DNA of 64,000 nucleotides from Macrostomum lignano. Lineage: Eukaryota. Where the stretch lies: the NCBI GenBank assembly GCA_002269645.1, contig NIVC01003157.1:51999-115998 (forward strand), read 5' to 3'. A program made the translations under genes and the position numbers. Numbering within the stretch: position 1 is the stretch's first letter; every line of letters begins with the position of its first letter. The notes beneath the pieces were generated by a model, which was given only the letters and a program-made list of their open reading frames with translations, made no database searches and was not told the DNA's origin. Of this stretch, positions 37,022 to 51,001 are shown one piece after another.

Positions 37022-37890
37022 AATACCTCGAGCTATTATTTTAGAGAATGCAGCAAAGTACATGTGCATGTTCATGCAGAACCTTGCGCGCGTGCGATGT
37101 ACGGCCATCTCATTTGGAAATTTAGAAACCAATCTGTTTAGCAGTGCAACTACTATTTACATGTTTCATATACTATACATCAATATTTGCTTGCAGTACA
37201 TCAACACTGCATCAGCATGTAAGTAAAGAAAGAATAGGATCCGATACAACTTCACGGTTAATGCAATAACAGAAATTTAATACTAATAGTCAAATCTGAA
37301 ATGGAACCTTTTAGAATTTACTGATACACATATATCCGTACATGTTATTGAGAAAATCACATTTCAGATCTACCTGGATTGACTGACTGTTCACATCGAT
37401 CGAGTCTTGGTGATTTGTTAACGAAGACATTTTTACCAACAGCAGCTTAATTTAAACCGTTTATTAGTTTAACCCGAGGTGTCTGAGGCAGGAAAATAGG
37501 CTTGGGTTTTCACTCTGATATACAGATACTCGTACAAATAAGATTGCTTCCACGGTCAGAGAGGCCTACCGTGGATCCATGCGCAGCAGTGCTACATGTA
37601 GATGTACATGTCTGCTGTGTTACATATAAGCCTGCGGTTGCATGAAAAGTCCTTAAAGAATCATAAAATGTTTGAATTTCTTCATATCAGAATGTGAAAT
37701 CAGCGAACAGTTCAAAACACATGTAGTTACGCATGTACATGCACTGTGTCACTACCCAGAGATAGCATAAACTCTGCTGGAAACGCTATCGTGCTTGCAT
37801 GCATGTTTCATACAAAAATGTATGTCCTGGCACTTAGAAAAAAGTAAATTTACTTAAAGCGTTGAACAGAGCTGGATATTGCAAACTATT

Positions 37891-38353
37891 GGTCAGGAGA
37901 TGGCCGCTCATAAAAGGGTGGAGGGGTTAGGATGGATGGTCGCTATAATGGTCGGGAGATGGTCGCTCATAAGAGGGTGGAGGGGGTTAGGATGGATGGT
38001 CGCTATAATGGTCGGGAGATGGTCGCTCATAAGAGGGTGGAGGGGGTTAGGATGGATGGTCGCTATAATGGTCGGGAGATGGTCGCTCATAAGAGGTTGG
38101 AGGGGGTTAGGATGGATGGTCGCTATAATGGTCGGGAGATGGCCGCTCATAAGAGGGTGGAGAGGGTTAGGATGGATGGTCGCTATAATGGTCGGGAGAT
38201 GGCCGCTCATAAGAGGGTGGAGAGGGTTAGGATGGATGGTCGCTATAATGGTCGGGAGATGGCCGCTCATAAGAGGGTGGAGAGGGTTAGGATGGATGGT
38301 CGCTATAATGGTCGGGAGATGGTCGCTCATAAGAGGGTGGAGGGGGTTAGGAT
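37891..38353. repeat. 60-bp minisatellite (about 8 copies)
   Basis: Unit GGTCGGGAGATGGTCGCTCATAAGAGGGTGGAGGGGGTTAGGATGGATGGTCGCTATAAT. Confidence 0.97.
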
Positions 38354-39397
38354 GAATAGTTGTTAGAAAACTAAGCCTGACATGGTCGCAGGAATGGTCG
38401 AATTACATGATCGCATGGCCATCTTGGTCGCATATTTGTCGAAAAGTCGAGATTCGCGACCAATAATTTTTATGCGGAATGCATATTTTCTATGGTCTGC
38501 TACCCGGCAGAGTTGCTAGATTATAATAACAGCTGATAATCTCAACAGTGACAAATTGACATTCCTCGGGTGGTTTTAATTGGATATTAAGCTATCAATC
38601 TTCGCGATCACCTGCTAATACTTTTGGCTACAAAGCAGCTGATGGATCGGACCCCTGGTATACTCGAAATTTGTCTTAACTGATTCAGAAAGGACCAGAA
38701 GTACAAAAATGCAGAGTAATATGTATATAAGTGTAACTTTAATAACATATAGCCGATACTAATGACAAGCTTTATTTCCTTTGAAGCAACAGTCAGATCG
38801 ACAGTTGAGACGGCTATAGAAATAATTCACTTGCTACAAACAATGCGTTTTGCAACAGCAAATTCAGCGTGAACACGAAAATTAAGTTGCCATTCATGGG
38901 GTCTGATGCATAGGTTTGCTAATAAAGATAATTAAACATATACAAAGAAATGTTACTGCAGATTCACTCATTCGTACATACAGAGTAACTTTTTTTGTTC
39001 TTAGTAAGGAGTTTCTTAAACAGATTTAACATATACCTTACATATTAAGGTATATCGAAGAATGTATTCCGGAACCCTGTGTATGCTAACTATAACTCCT
39101 GTTAGATAATGTTACTTCACAATCTGATCTTATTAAAAAACAGCACGTAAAGTGAGGTATGGCAACTTGCGTTGTATTTACCCACACGCTTAATGACCTT
39201 TTATTGACCCCTATGTATCCATCAATGTAGGTAGATGTTCCAACTGCAGAATTCGGGCCAAATTACACGCCTTTCTAAGCCCTAATGAGTTGCCCAAATG
39301 CTAAGCACAATGATGTAAATTGTCTTGAAGATACAGTATGAAAAGTCAGACAGTTTAATCGAATTTTACAAGCCTGCAACCCTAAATAGAAGGCGAA

Positions 39398-42300
39398 CTA
39401 GAACTTGTAGTCCTTCTGGTACTTCTTAGCCGCAGATACGCTAGCCTGCGGCGCTGGCTCCTGCTGACCGGCGCGCGGAGGAGGCCGCTTCCTGGAGCCA
39501 GTTGATGCAGCGCCGCCGGCGCCAGAAGAAGCAACGCCTGGACCGCTCGCGGCGCCGCCAACAGCATAAACCTTGGAACTGCCCATGAATGCGTCGCCAA
39601 CATTGGTCTGCATCTCGGGCAACACACGGTAGGCCAGAGGCTCTTCGCCGTCGCCTTCCATGGCAGCTTCCACTGCGGCAGCGGTTCGCTGTTTCCGCAG
39701 CTCGATCATGTCGGGCGTCTCCAGCCCGGCCGGCGTGGCCGACGACAGCGCGCCGCTTGGGGTGGCCGCTCCGGCCAGGGCCGCTGCGACCGCGCCGTCT
39801 TCGTCATCGCCCGCCTCCTCGTTGCCATCTTCATCATCGTCATCGTCGTCGTCTTCCTCTTCTTCCTCCGAGGACTCGGACTCCAGCTCGCCCCACAGGC
39901 GCCTCTCAACTGGCTGGCTGGGAGTCTCGGCAGGGGCAGCCAGCTGCTGCTGGGTGGCGTAGCCGAACACATCGCCGTAGACTGGGCGGCCGTGAGCATC
40001 AACTGGTGGCTTGCCCCAGCCGCCTGAAATAAGGATAGGGGGAGCAGTGAGCATTCTGCGATTACCTAATGACGGCAGCAGCAGTGGATCGGAAGTGGAT
40101 CGGCTGAATTTTCTATTTCTTATTCATAGTTGCATTTAACCCAAAATGGTCCAATTTTGAAGAGAAATGCTGTTTTTATATACAGCAAAGTAAGAACTTG
40201 TAAAAAATCTACCTATTAATCGATGCGACCTGATTGAGTACTGACTGGATTCTTAACCTTTATGACAACTATAATAATATTTAAGTATATTAATAATAAT
40301 AAATAATATATTATGTGCAACCGACAGCTCAGCCGCAGCTATAGCGCGGCACATTGGAAGGCTGCATACGACTGTTCAGTCAAAGGCTGGGGGGGGGGTC
40401 GCCACACAAACCCTCAATTACCCCAGCTAATGCTGGCACCCATTTTACAGCTGGGTGAACTGAAGCAGTGCAGAGTTGTGTCTTGATAAAAAAACAAAAA
40501 TTGTTCCGAGTTGGCCGAGATTCGAACCCCCGACCTTCCAGTCGCAGTCCGACGCTCTAACCACTAGACTACAACAGTTTAGCAGTTACATAAGCATGCC
40601 CAAATTTTGTGCCGAAACACAAGAGACAGTCAAGACATGCAATTGAAGAGTAGTCGCAGTCATTAATACAAGTACAAACCTGCGTGATAGCCAAAAGAGC
40701 AGCCTTCAGGTATGGGAGCATTCAGGCCGGGTATGCGCAGCCGGGGAAACGCAGGCGGCGGGCCGTAGCGCTGCATGGCGATGAGCCAGGGCGGCGGGTA
40801 TCTGTCGCTGCCGGGCCCGACAGGCATACCAAGCGCGGTGCGGAGCTCGTCAGATAGAGCGCCGGGCTTCTTCGCCCTCAGCCGGGTCTCGAACTCGCGA
40901 CCTTCGTAGTACAAGTCGCCGTGGGCTATAAAAAAGATAAACGGTAGTGGATTGATTACAATAACTGCCAGATGGTTATTTGAGGGCTGTGGACAACAAG
41001 CCGCAACTTAAGGCGACAACCGCTGACCCCTGAGCACGCACACGAGATATGTACACTGCCACACGCTCACACAGGGTGTACAGCGACCCTGACTTTTTAA
41101 TTGTCAGGCATGTATTCTCCTCGTGATTTGGGGATTGGCCCTCAGGGGTTTTCCGATGAAAACGGTAGCTAGGCTAAGAAGCGTCCCGGTCCCAGAGTCA
41201 CTTGTGACGCCCCAGAGTCGTTGCAGTCAATAGAAGTAAAATAGGAAAGAAGTGACTCTAGATTCCGCCAAAAAGTTATCAAAGAGTCGCCTAGAGTCTA
41301 TTTGGGGCGTTTTTTGTCTGTGAGTCTGAAAAGACTCTGGGGCGCTTTTGTAATGTCTCTGGGCTTGTATCTGAGGCGTGCCAGAGTCGCTGTAGAATTA
41401 CCGAGTTGCCTCTAAAGCGCTAGAGTCACTGGTGAGCTGTTTGCAATGACTCTAGCGATTCTTGTCCCGCTAAAGTATTCAACGGGTGAGCTGCTCTGCC
41501 CTCCAAGGACTGCAGAAGTAAAGACAGGAATAGTTGCGAGACAAAAACTCACTGGTGAGATGCGGCTTGACCTGGTATTTGAAGAAGGCGTCGTGCAGCT
41601 TCTGGTAGTCGATGTCAATCTTGCCCACTTTCGGGCGGACTCGCTCCCGCATCTTCTGCTTCATAGTCTTGGCGTCGTCTTTCTCTTGACCAGTCTCGCG
41701 CATCTCCATAATGCCCGTGGCCTTGATGAAGTCGGGCAGCTGGAACGGTGGCTTCTCTATGCCGCGCTTGCCCTGTAGGTACTTGCGCTTAGCGCACCAG
41801 TGCCTAGGAACGGCCACGGCATTCCGGTAAGCCTTGAGCAGGCAGAGCAGCTTGGGGTCCTTGGAGCAGACATCGTGCATCTCAACTACTTCAGGCCGGT
41901 CCACGCTCTGCTTGAGCTCCGCAACGCTCATTCGGGTTAGCTTCTTCAGCTTCCGTTTCGACATCTTCTGCACGTCCTCCTCCTCGCGTTTGGCAGCAGC
42001 CGCAATCTCATCCTCATCGTCATCTTGATCTTGCTGCATCATGCCAGCTGCTCGAGCTTTCAGCAGAGCAAGGTTGCTGCTCAGAGAATTGGCTGAAGAG
42101 AGAGTATCAGGAGCACCGTTGGTGTCCGAGCCGCTGAGCTTGGCCTGGCTGACCGAGGCGGAGGCAGCTGCCGAGTCCTCGCTGACGGGTCTGAAAGCCT
42201 TGAAATGTTAGTTTGAAAGATTAATTAGGGAGAGCCTCAGTTTTAAAATGATTCTGCCAGGTTGCGATAAGCACGGATGCATTAAGGTGCACCGTTACTG

Positions 42301-42855
42301 GCGATACTTGCGGTAAATGGAGGCTCCGATTTCTGTGGTAAATCGAAAGCCTCTAAGGTGTCAAGGCTAATGGGAAATGGCTGCTCAGGTGTTAAGGCTG
42401 ATAGGAAATGGCTGCTCAGGTGTCAAGGCTGATGGGAAATGGCTGCTCAGGTGTCAAGGCTGATGGGAAATGGCTGCTCAGGTGTTGAGGCTGATGGGAA
42501 ATGGCTGATCAGGTGTGAAGGGTCATGGAAAATGGCTGCTAACGAAATAACAGCCATTAAACTGTCTCACCTGGAAGATCTTTCTAAAATGTCGAAACTT
42601 GACATCTGTCAGCTCAGGTGGATCTTCAAAAACATACTCCACTTCGATGTCCTCTCCATCGGAACCGCTGCCTTCCTGCTGCTTCTCGTGCTGACCGCCC
42701 TGCTGCTGTCGCCTCTGCTGCCTGGACTGCTTTCTGCGCTCCTTCTTGCGCTTCTGTTTGTCCCGCTTTCGCTGCTGCTGCTGCGGCTGCGGTTCAGCAT
42801 GCTGCTGTGGAGATTGATCGTCTCCATTTGTTAGCGCTTGGGTTTCCACTGTCAT
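39398..42855 (-). CDS. SF3B2: Splicing factor 3B subunit 2 (SAP145/Cus1), 4 exons
   Basis: Exons 42855-42571, 42198-41553, 40925-40680 and 40023-39398 with consistent phases. DUF382 (PRHWCAKRKYLQGKRGIEKPPFQLP, DIDYQKLHDAFF), PSP (PPPWLIAMQRYGPPP), GWGKPPVD, ETPDMIELRK, C-terminal KDYKF. Confidence 0.97.
40357..40575 (-). mobile_element. tRNA-headed SINE, copy 1 (in an SF3B2 intron)
   Basis: Minus-strand A box TAGTCTAGTGG and B box GGTTCGAATC; the body is shared with 58875-59091. Confidence 0.75.
41191..41363. mobile_element. Small MITE-like element in an SF3B2 intron
   Basis: CCCAGAG(T/A)C termini and inverted internal GCCCCAGAGTC motifs; no matching TSD. Confidence 0.4.
42358..42510. repeat. 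31-bp tandem repeat (about 5 copies) in SF3B2 intron 1
   Basis: Unit GTGTCAAGGCTGATGGGAAATGGCTGCTCAG. Confidence 0.9.
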
Positions 42856-43593
42856 TGTCTCTGAAAATAGATAGGTATACGCTCGTACACAAGTGTATTA
42901 CCAACATCTTTGAAAATATTGGCTTAATTCTGTAATCCTATCATACTAAAAATTAACTGTTAATGATTTAAGGAATAAAATGCATTAACTGGTGGGCAAA
43001 AATGCTGTGCATTTGATAGAAAAAATTTACCAAAAATGGGCCTGTTGTCAACAAACTCCTGGCCTCTTTTATTTGTCATTTTCAACACATACAAAATCCA
43101 AAATATGTGCTGAAAAGCATGAGCTTAAAATTGAAGGTTGAAATATTTTTTTAAAATAGCAAAGTACAGACTAAAATTGACTATGAAGAGGTGAGCTTAA
43201 TACTTGAAAGCTTACTCATGTTTTGGTACCTCAGGAATGATATTATATAAGCAACTAGTACATTTCAAAATTGAGACTTTTAAAACATTGCTTAAATTGC
43301 TCTGCTGAACCTCTTCCCTCAAGAAACACAACTCCTAGACTTTCTGGTCTTTGCTGTCATCTATCTGATTATAGGCATCTAAAGCTAAACAAGTATTGTC
43401 TAGAGTGTACAGTATATTCTGCATGGTAATGCTGATGGTGAGCATATGCTAAATTGGGTGTTTAGCATTCTTGCCGATCAGCTCAACAAACTTTAATATA
43501 ATGTTATCCAGGATTTGTTCCTAACAGTTAAGGCTTGGCTTAAGATAAGGCAGGCTTTATAATATATAGTTATATTTTATAACTCAAAAGCAC

Positions 43594-44470
43594 TTGAGCA
43601 GCACAGAACCTGCGGGCCCCCTGCCACCTACTCCTGACAAGAGCTGCTTTTCTGTGCCTGCCATCAGGCGCTGTCTGCCAGCCTCTTGGAGCCCAGGGAT
43701 GTGGCCAGGCAGCACTCTGCCCTCACCCCACAGTCAGCCGCCTTCTTTACCAGTCTGCCGAGTAGCCACGAGGGCATGCACCTCTTGGGCATCAAGCTGT
43801 CCATCACTGTCAGCTTGCGCTTGGTTTGCAAACTGTAGCACCTGGAGTGCACGAGTGCCACCAGCCACTTGATGCCCTTGGGGAGCATGACATAGGGGAT
43901 CACTAACATCACTTGCAAATGTGGCAACACAACGAGTTCAACTTGCAGCTTTGAGACATCCTGGGGGATATGGTATAGTATAAATAAACTCTTACTGCTT
44001 ATTTTCAATTAGTTATTTTGTCTGCCAGTAGACAAAAAGATGGCAAATGAAATAATTATGCACCATTTTAGTTATTTTGGCCTATGCCCTATTTGGCCTT
44101 AGGTGAGACAACAAGGACTGACTTAAGCTGCTCTGTTGTTCTGTATACTCTGTACTCCATTCTGAGGCCCTAGATAACAGACTTAAGGCTTAGCTGTTTC
44201 AGGCAGCCATTGAAAATGTCTTATTGTACAACACTGAGACCTGGACTTTGACAGACATAAACACCTTGGAGAGGCAGCTGGATTCTACACATGGAACTAG
44301 TTGTTGCTCATTCAGTGTGCAGCAGTCCAAGCAGCAAGACCAATGCCATGCTCTACACAAGGGTACGCCTGATGTAACCTTCTGACTTGTTGCACAAACA
44401 ACAACTTAGACCTCACCCACTATATGAAGTGCTGCTGCTCAAGCTACAGCCTGCAGCCGCAGGGGCTCTA
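43594..44470 (+). pseudogene. Heavily decayed non-LTR retrotransposon fragments
   Basis: YNTETWTLTD..LERQLD (RTE-like post-RT motif) at ~44225 and a SLRLVCKL..C zinc-knuckle-like stretch at ~43810; CpG-depleted with many stops. Confidence 0.45.
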
Positions 44471-47389
44471 TAAGCTTGGCCAAGGGTGAATGGTGAGATA
44501 TTTTAACTTGCTTTTGATTGATGCTAGTGCCTTAAATCAAGCTTAGGGTATGACTTTTTGAGGGCTATGGCCCAAAAACACATTCTTTGACTTTTCTACA
44601 TTTCTTGGCCCATTATATAGCTAGTAGGAGAAGTATTTAGTTGTTATAATAACTTTGTAACAACAAAGTTATTAATTTAGTTGTTAGAAATTTAGTTGTT
44701 ATAATAAAAGACCTTATTTGTATATACAATCATAAAGCTTATGTTATGTTATTGGCAAAGGATATAGTAAAAAAATCAATTAAATATAATAATAAAAAAC
44801 TATACAAACTAAGGTTTTAACATTAAAATTTAGCAAGGACCTAAGTATTTTTTAAATCTAAACATATATACAAAACTTTTTACATCTTAATTTTTTATTT
44901 TTTCATAATATATTTGCTTATTAGACACTATGAACATTTTGCCTAAAAACTATATAGGCTTAGTATCTCATGTCTCTTTATCTTATCTCTATAATTTAGA
45001 GTTCAAAGCACTTTTTTAAATTGAATATTTGTCTAATTGATCAAATTTTAATATTTGTTGTAATAATTTGATGCTTTCTTATTAATATTTTTATAGAACT
45101 ATTTCATTTAGCTTAGGCCAAACTATATATAATAATACTATATTATTTTTTGCTTTTTTATCCTTTATCTATTGACAAATCTAACATAGCCAGAATGGCA
45201 ACAATCTTTTTGCAGTAAAGCTTTAAAAAGTCAGTTTTAGTCCTAATAGAATGATAGACAACTTTTTGCCATTTTTGCTGTAACTTGTACCTTTAAGTCT
45301 TTTTCCTGTTGTTTGTAGTAGACACAACTTAGAATATAAAAAGTTGTTTTTTAGGGACAATAAACTTAGCATTATGATATCAATCTGCATATCAATAGCT
45401 TCACCATATGCTAACTCTATGATGGCACAATTTACTAATGGATTATTCTGTATTTTGTATGCCAACATTCATAATTATTCATATAGGCCTAGGCCTGGGC
45501 CTGGCCTATGCCAAATTTCTTGATCTACTTGATTTCTTCCTAACTAGGCACCTAGGCCTAGTCTATGGTTTACATATGATGTTTGTGTTGCCGATAGAAA
45601 CAGCTGGATGAATTCCTAGATATAGGCCTAGCCTAAATAGAAATAGCCCAAACATATGCAATGATTTACACTAAAACAGAAGAACAATTAGTAAAAAAAA
45701 ATTAATTCAAGAAATGTAGGACAATGCCATAATTTTAGGGTATCAATTAAAATGTGGTAACTGCAACAGAATTGAAATAGGATAGCACAATAAAAGGGGA
45801 AGCTGTAGCAGAATAGTAAATTGTGGAATGAACTGCAAATTCCACTAGTTTTAAGGTATCAAGTTTAAAAATGAATAAAATAAAAACTATAAACAGTATA
45901 AAGAAGTCACAATATAAACTAAAAAGCTGATAATTTTTTCTTTCTGGTGAGTGTCTATCTGTTTAAATCATGCAAGTACAAAAAAAGTTACACTTGGTCA
46001 AACTTCCCGCATTTTTTCATAAATCTATAAAATGAAGCCGAAAAATGGAAAAAATATATGCTTCTAGAAAATTAAAAACCATTGCAAAATTAAAGGAATA
46101 TAACAAAAGGTTATATATACTATAAAATATGTACATATTTAACTACAGTAAACTTGAAAAGTAAAAAAAATTTATACACCCTTATAGGGGCCAGCAAAGT
46201 TTTGTTATTGAGTTTTTGTTCTTTGAAAAAGCACCTATGGAACTTTTAAATGATGCTTTGTAAAAGGCTACAATATTGTTTCCAATATAGAAAACTCGCA
46301 TAGTATTCCCGCATTTACACAATATTAATTCAAAGTTAGAGCCAAAATGCATGTAAACTTCCATTTAAAATAAAAAAATGTTGGGCAATTTTTTTCAAAT
46401 ATGCATCGATGGTGTTTGGTGTTTTTTTCTTCTGTTTTATTATCTAAACTGGCATACAAACAAGACGAAACAATGATCTCATTGTCAGCTCTTCCCGCAA
46501 CTCCAGTAATGGCACCGATGTTTGGCTAAACGGCAGGAGTAATTATAACTGTTTTATAAGGGCTAAATGCCTCATCAGCTAATTAGTACTACTTTTTTAA
46601 TAATGTTTTGAATGTGAATTTTTGCAGCTTACATTGGCTGGGCCTGGGCCCCTTGCCAGCCAGCTGAATCGGCTTGGTTTTACATCTGGATGATCTATAT
46701 AAGGACAAAAGTGGCTTAATTATGGTGTAAGGATTAAAATTCTATAAATGGCTTAATATTATTTTGAGAATAAAAAAATATTGGGAATTAATTAGTTGTA
46801 CTTTGCAAAGCACTAGGGGGGCCTAATGCAAAATAATCTACAAGATAAAAGCTAAAAATTGACATATAAGGAATGAAAATCTATTGAATAGTTCAAAAGC
46901 TATATCATTTATAACTCAGAAAATCAGTTCTTTTAGGCCAGCAAAAATGATCACAGTGCCTTATGCGTATGGGAAAATTGCATTACGCCATATTACGGAA
47001 GTGTCAAAAAATATAACACAATAAGTGTTATAACTTTTTTATTACTTGACCAAAATTCAAAAGTAAGGTGTCATTTTACTCATACAACAAATGTCTGTTA
47101 CATGGTATCAAAAAGAAGACAAATAAAAAAATTAAAATCTCACTGGACTCCCTTACTATATATTTTTTAATTAAAAAATAAATTTGTTTTATAGGTTTTG
47201 CATTATTTTTTTATATTTTACATGTGGAACTCCTCCTTTGGAGGAGAAAGGGGAAGAACTGCCATTACTGGAATTCCATTTCCTGAAATATCTATCAACT
47301 AAAATTCCATGTCTTAAACCCTATCTTCCAAATCGTCTCCAAATTCTTTTCAAAACCTTTTAAAGACCATAGCTCAAAGACTCTCACAT

Positions 47390-47965
47390 CTTCATATCTC
47401 CTCTCTCCTCTCTTTGCTATTATTGTGACTCTTTTCTCTCCTGTCTCTCATCTCATCTCTACCCATACTCCTCTATTTATCTCTTCTCCCTTGTCTATCG
47501 TCTATACCCTTTTTTGTCTCCTCTTTTTTCTCTTATCTCTCCCCTCTTAACTCATCCTCTTCTCTCCTTTCTCATATCTCCTCATATCTATTGTCTCTCC
47601 TCTACTCTACCCTCTCTCTTCTTTTCTCCCCTCTTTTCTCATCTCTTCTCTCTCCTCTCTCTTCTACTCTCATTTCTCATCCTTCTTCCCTTATCTCACT
47701 CTTATTTCTCCTCTATTCTTTCCTCTCTTCTATTTCCTCTGTACGTTCTTAGTCTTATCCCTCCTCTCTTCTCTCTTCTCATCTTGCCTGTCTTCCTCTG
47801 CTATCTCATATCTCCCCTCTCATCTCCTCTCTTCTCTTCTCTTCTCTCTCCCTCTTCATTCCCGCTTTACTCCCCTCTTCTCTCCCATCTGTCATCTCTA
47901 ATCTTTCCTCTTTCATATCTACTCTCTTTCCTATCATCCCTCTTCTCTTTTCTCTCTTTTCTCTG
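47390..47965. repeat. CT-rich low-complexity tract
   Basis: Almost exclusively pyrimidines on the plus strand. Confidence 0.9.
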
Positions 47966-49198
47966 ACTGACTAAAGGTGCCAAATCCATCAAAATCCTCT
48001 CTGTCAAACAGAAATACTTTGAAGTCCTCTCCGTTGAACAAAGCCCCATCAAAAGCCTCTTCATTAAACAGAAGTCAGAACAAAATCAAAGTCCTTTCCA
48101 TGAAGCTGACAGCCATTGAAGTCCTCTCTGCCAAACAGACATCCATAAAAATTCTCTCCATAAAATAGAAATCTATCAAAATTCTCTTTGGGAAACTCAA
48201 AGCCATCGAAATCGTCTCCGTGAAACAGAACTTCATCAAATTCTTTTCATGAACTTTTCATGACATTCTGCACAGTACCCCAGCCAACAAAGTCTCAAAC
48301 CCTAATTTTACACGAATGTGCTCCCTTTTATGTCTACCTCTATCCTACTAACTATTAACAAGTTTTTGTTTGTGTATGGCCTTAGATTTCAGAATACATG
48401 CAAAAGTAGTTCCAGGTATTGGAATTCCCTGGGTTCAAAATCTGCGGGTTTCAACAGCTTGTAGTACTCTATTTATTGATACACTAAGCCTATCTTAGTT
48501 TGTCTAGTAATATATTTTTTCTATGCATAAGGCTCTGTTGTTATTTTGCTTTGAAAAATCACCATCTGATATAAAACATTAAATAAAAATGAGGACACTA
48601 AAACTACTATAAGTTTATTATTTGCCTACTTGACCAAATTTTATAAATGGAGATATCAGAATGCTTAGGGTCTATTTCACTGGGTTCTAATAGATTAAAT
48701 AATAAAAAATCAAAATGTTATATGCTAATGCTTTATCTTGCTAAAACATATTGTTGTCTAATAGACATTCAAGCAATCTATGGGCATAGATACATTTCTA
48801 ACTAGAGAATATTTAGATGAATATTTGATAGTTTGGTCTTTAATTAAGAAGGTTAATATAATATCCCATCTTACTCTTTCTTAATATAACTAGAAATGTA
48901 TACATAAGCACTTAGAGCAGTCAAATGTTTCTTTTGTAGATGATACAATTTTTTCTTTACAATTGCCTATTACTTAACAGTAGAACTACCAAGAAGGGGG
49001 GGGGGAATTTCCCCCCTCCCTGACAAATTCGAATTGTCAGGGAATTTCCCCCCCCCCTGACAATTTTTTTGCTATGCTGGAATGGAGCAATGCAGGCCCA
49101 CAAAATTTAAGATCACGGGCTAACTTTTTGTTGCACACCTTCTCAAACAAGAATCAAGTTGCCAGCCCCCCGGACCGTCGAGATATATGACGATTCTG

Positions 49199-50098
49199 CC
49201 AGAAGGTTGGATTTTTCCCATAAGCGCTAGTGTATTCAGTACACCCCTGTGCGCCAATCAGCACTGCGCCTTAGTGCAGCCTTGCCAAGTCTCCAAATTT
49301 CATCAGCACATCGACCACATGTGTCTGCATCAGCTCTGACTTCGTTGGTCACTAGCCTTCACCCAGGTGGAGCTTCTGGACCCTCAACAGGTGGCACCAG
49401 GTGACTATGGACACCCTGATGTGGATTTCTCTAGTTTCGCGAACAAGCCTCGACAGTGGGCAAGAATCAACCGCCAGACATTCTCAGCTAGTCTCTCAAG
49501 CATTCCGTCATCATCCTGACGCCGTCGGCTCCTTCAACAGATTACACCAAGTGACTATGGACAGCCTGATGCTGATTTCTCTAGTTTCGCCAATCAGGCC
49601 TCGACAGTGGGCAAGAATCAACCACCAGACATTCTCAGCTAGTCTCTCAAGCATTCCGTCATCATCCCGACGCCGTCGGTCCTTCAACAGATTACACCAA
49701 GTGACTATGGACAGCCTGATAAGAATTTCTCTAGTTTCGCTGATCAAGCCTCGACAGTGGGCAAAAATCAACTGCAGGACATCCTCAGCTAGTCAGTCAA
49801 ACATTCAGCCATCACCCGGATGCCATCGGCATCTTCAACAGATTACACCAGGTGACTATAAACTAGAGAAATCCGCATCAGGGTGTCCATAGTCACCTGG
49901 TGCCACCTGTTGAGGGTCCAGAAGCTCCACCTGGGTGAAGGCTAGTGACCAACGAAGTCAGAGCTGATGCAGACACATGTGGTCGACGTGCTGATGAAAT
50001 TTGGAGACTTGGCAAGGCTGCACTAAGGCGCAGTGCTGATTGGCGCACAGGGGTGTACTGAATACACTAGCGCTTATGGGAAAAATCCGACCTTCTGG
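49199..50098. mobile_element. Foldback-type element: 239-bp inverted arms around three ~150-bp tandem units
   Basis: 49199-49437 is the reverse complement of 49860-50098 with 3 mismatches; GTGACTAT(G/A) recurs at ~49401, 49552, 49701 and 49852. No TSD identified. Confidence 0.85.
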
Positions 50099-51001
50099 AT
50101 TTTCTAATAAAGTAGGCCCTAAGTCAATAATATTCTATGTATGATCTATAAAAAGGCAGGTAGGCCCTGGGTTTTTTGTGTGCAAAGTGTGCGTATGCAC
50201 CCTAAATTTTGAAATTGCACCCTGAAATTGAAAAAGTAGGTGTGGTTTAGGTGTGGTCTCATTACCTATTTTTCCTTTTAAGCCTCATTTGCATTGCCTT
50301 AACATAAGAAAAAAAATAGAAAATGCACTTGGAGCCTAAAAATTGCACTTTGAAATTATGCACAGGTGCAATTTTGCACTTTGTATTAGGCAAAAAACCC
50401 AGGGTAGGCCTATTCATAGTATACATTGATAGTTATACTTTTCAACATTTACAACTTTGATACTGCTGCTAAACAACCTAATAAAGCTTATTGAAATTTT
50501 TGCAAAGTTAAAAAACATAAGATTTGATATAAACTGATCTATGGAGTCTTAAAATTAGTCCCAACTTAAATGGACTATCCTATATAGTATAACATAGCAA
50601 TAGGTGAAAGGTGAATAAGGTAGGTAGGGTGGGACATTGAAATCTAGTTTTCATTGTTTTTCTTGCTTTGTGGGTTTGCACAATGTAGCTTAATGCTTTG
50701 TTACTAATAATATCTTTATCTAGGCCTATAAAATTTTAGAAATAATCACATCCATAGGGTTCTAACTGAACAATTAATCTTCCAGCAATTAATTGAAAGG
50801 CAAAAGGCAAAAATCTTAATAAAAATGGATTGTCTGATTTAGTTTCTCGTGCAACTTCTGACACATTGTCTTAAGATTTGTCTTATCATAAAGTTGTAAT
50901 GCACTGCTGAAATTACACTACAAATTTTTTTTGAGCTTCATATGCTGTTATTATAATATCATACCTTTAGACTTTTTCAATATTGCACTGTTTTATTTCA
51001 G

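Noticed and set aside
37879-38366. Repeat-rich ORFs on both strands
   Set aside because: 60-bp minisatellite.
40515-40575. Possible tRNA gene
   Set aside because: A/B boxes are present, but it continues into a body shared with a second copy and lacks a complete acceptor stem; treated as a SINE head.
47514-47966. 150-aa Leu/Ser/Phe/Pro-rich 'membrane' ORF
   Set aside because: Translation of a CT-rich low-complexity tract.
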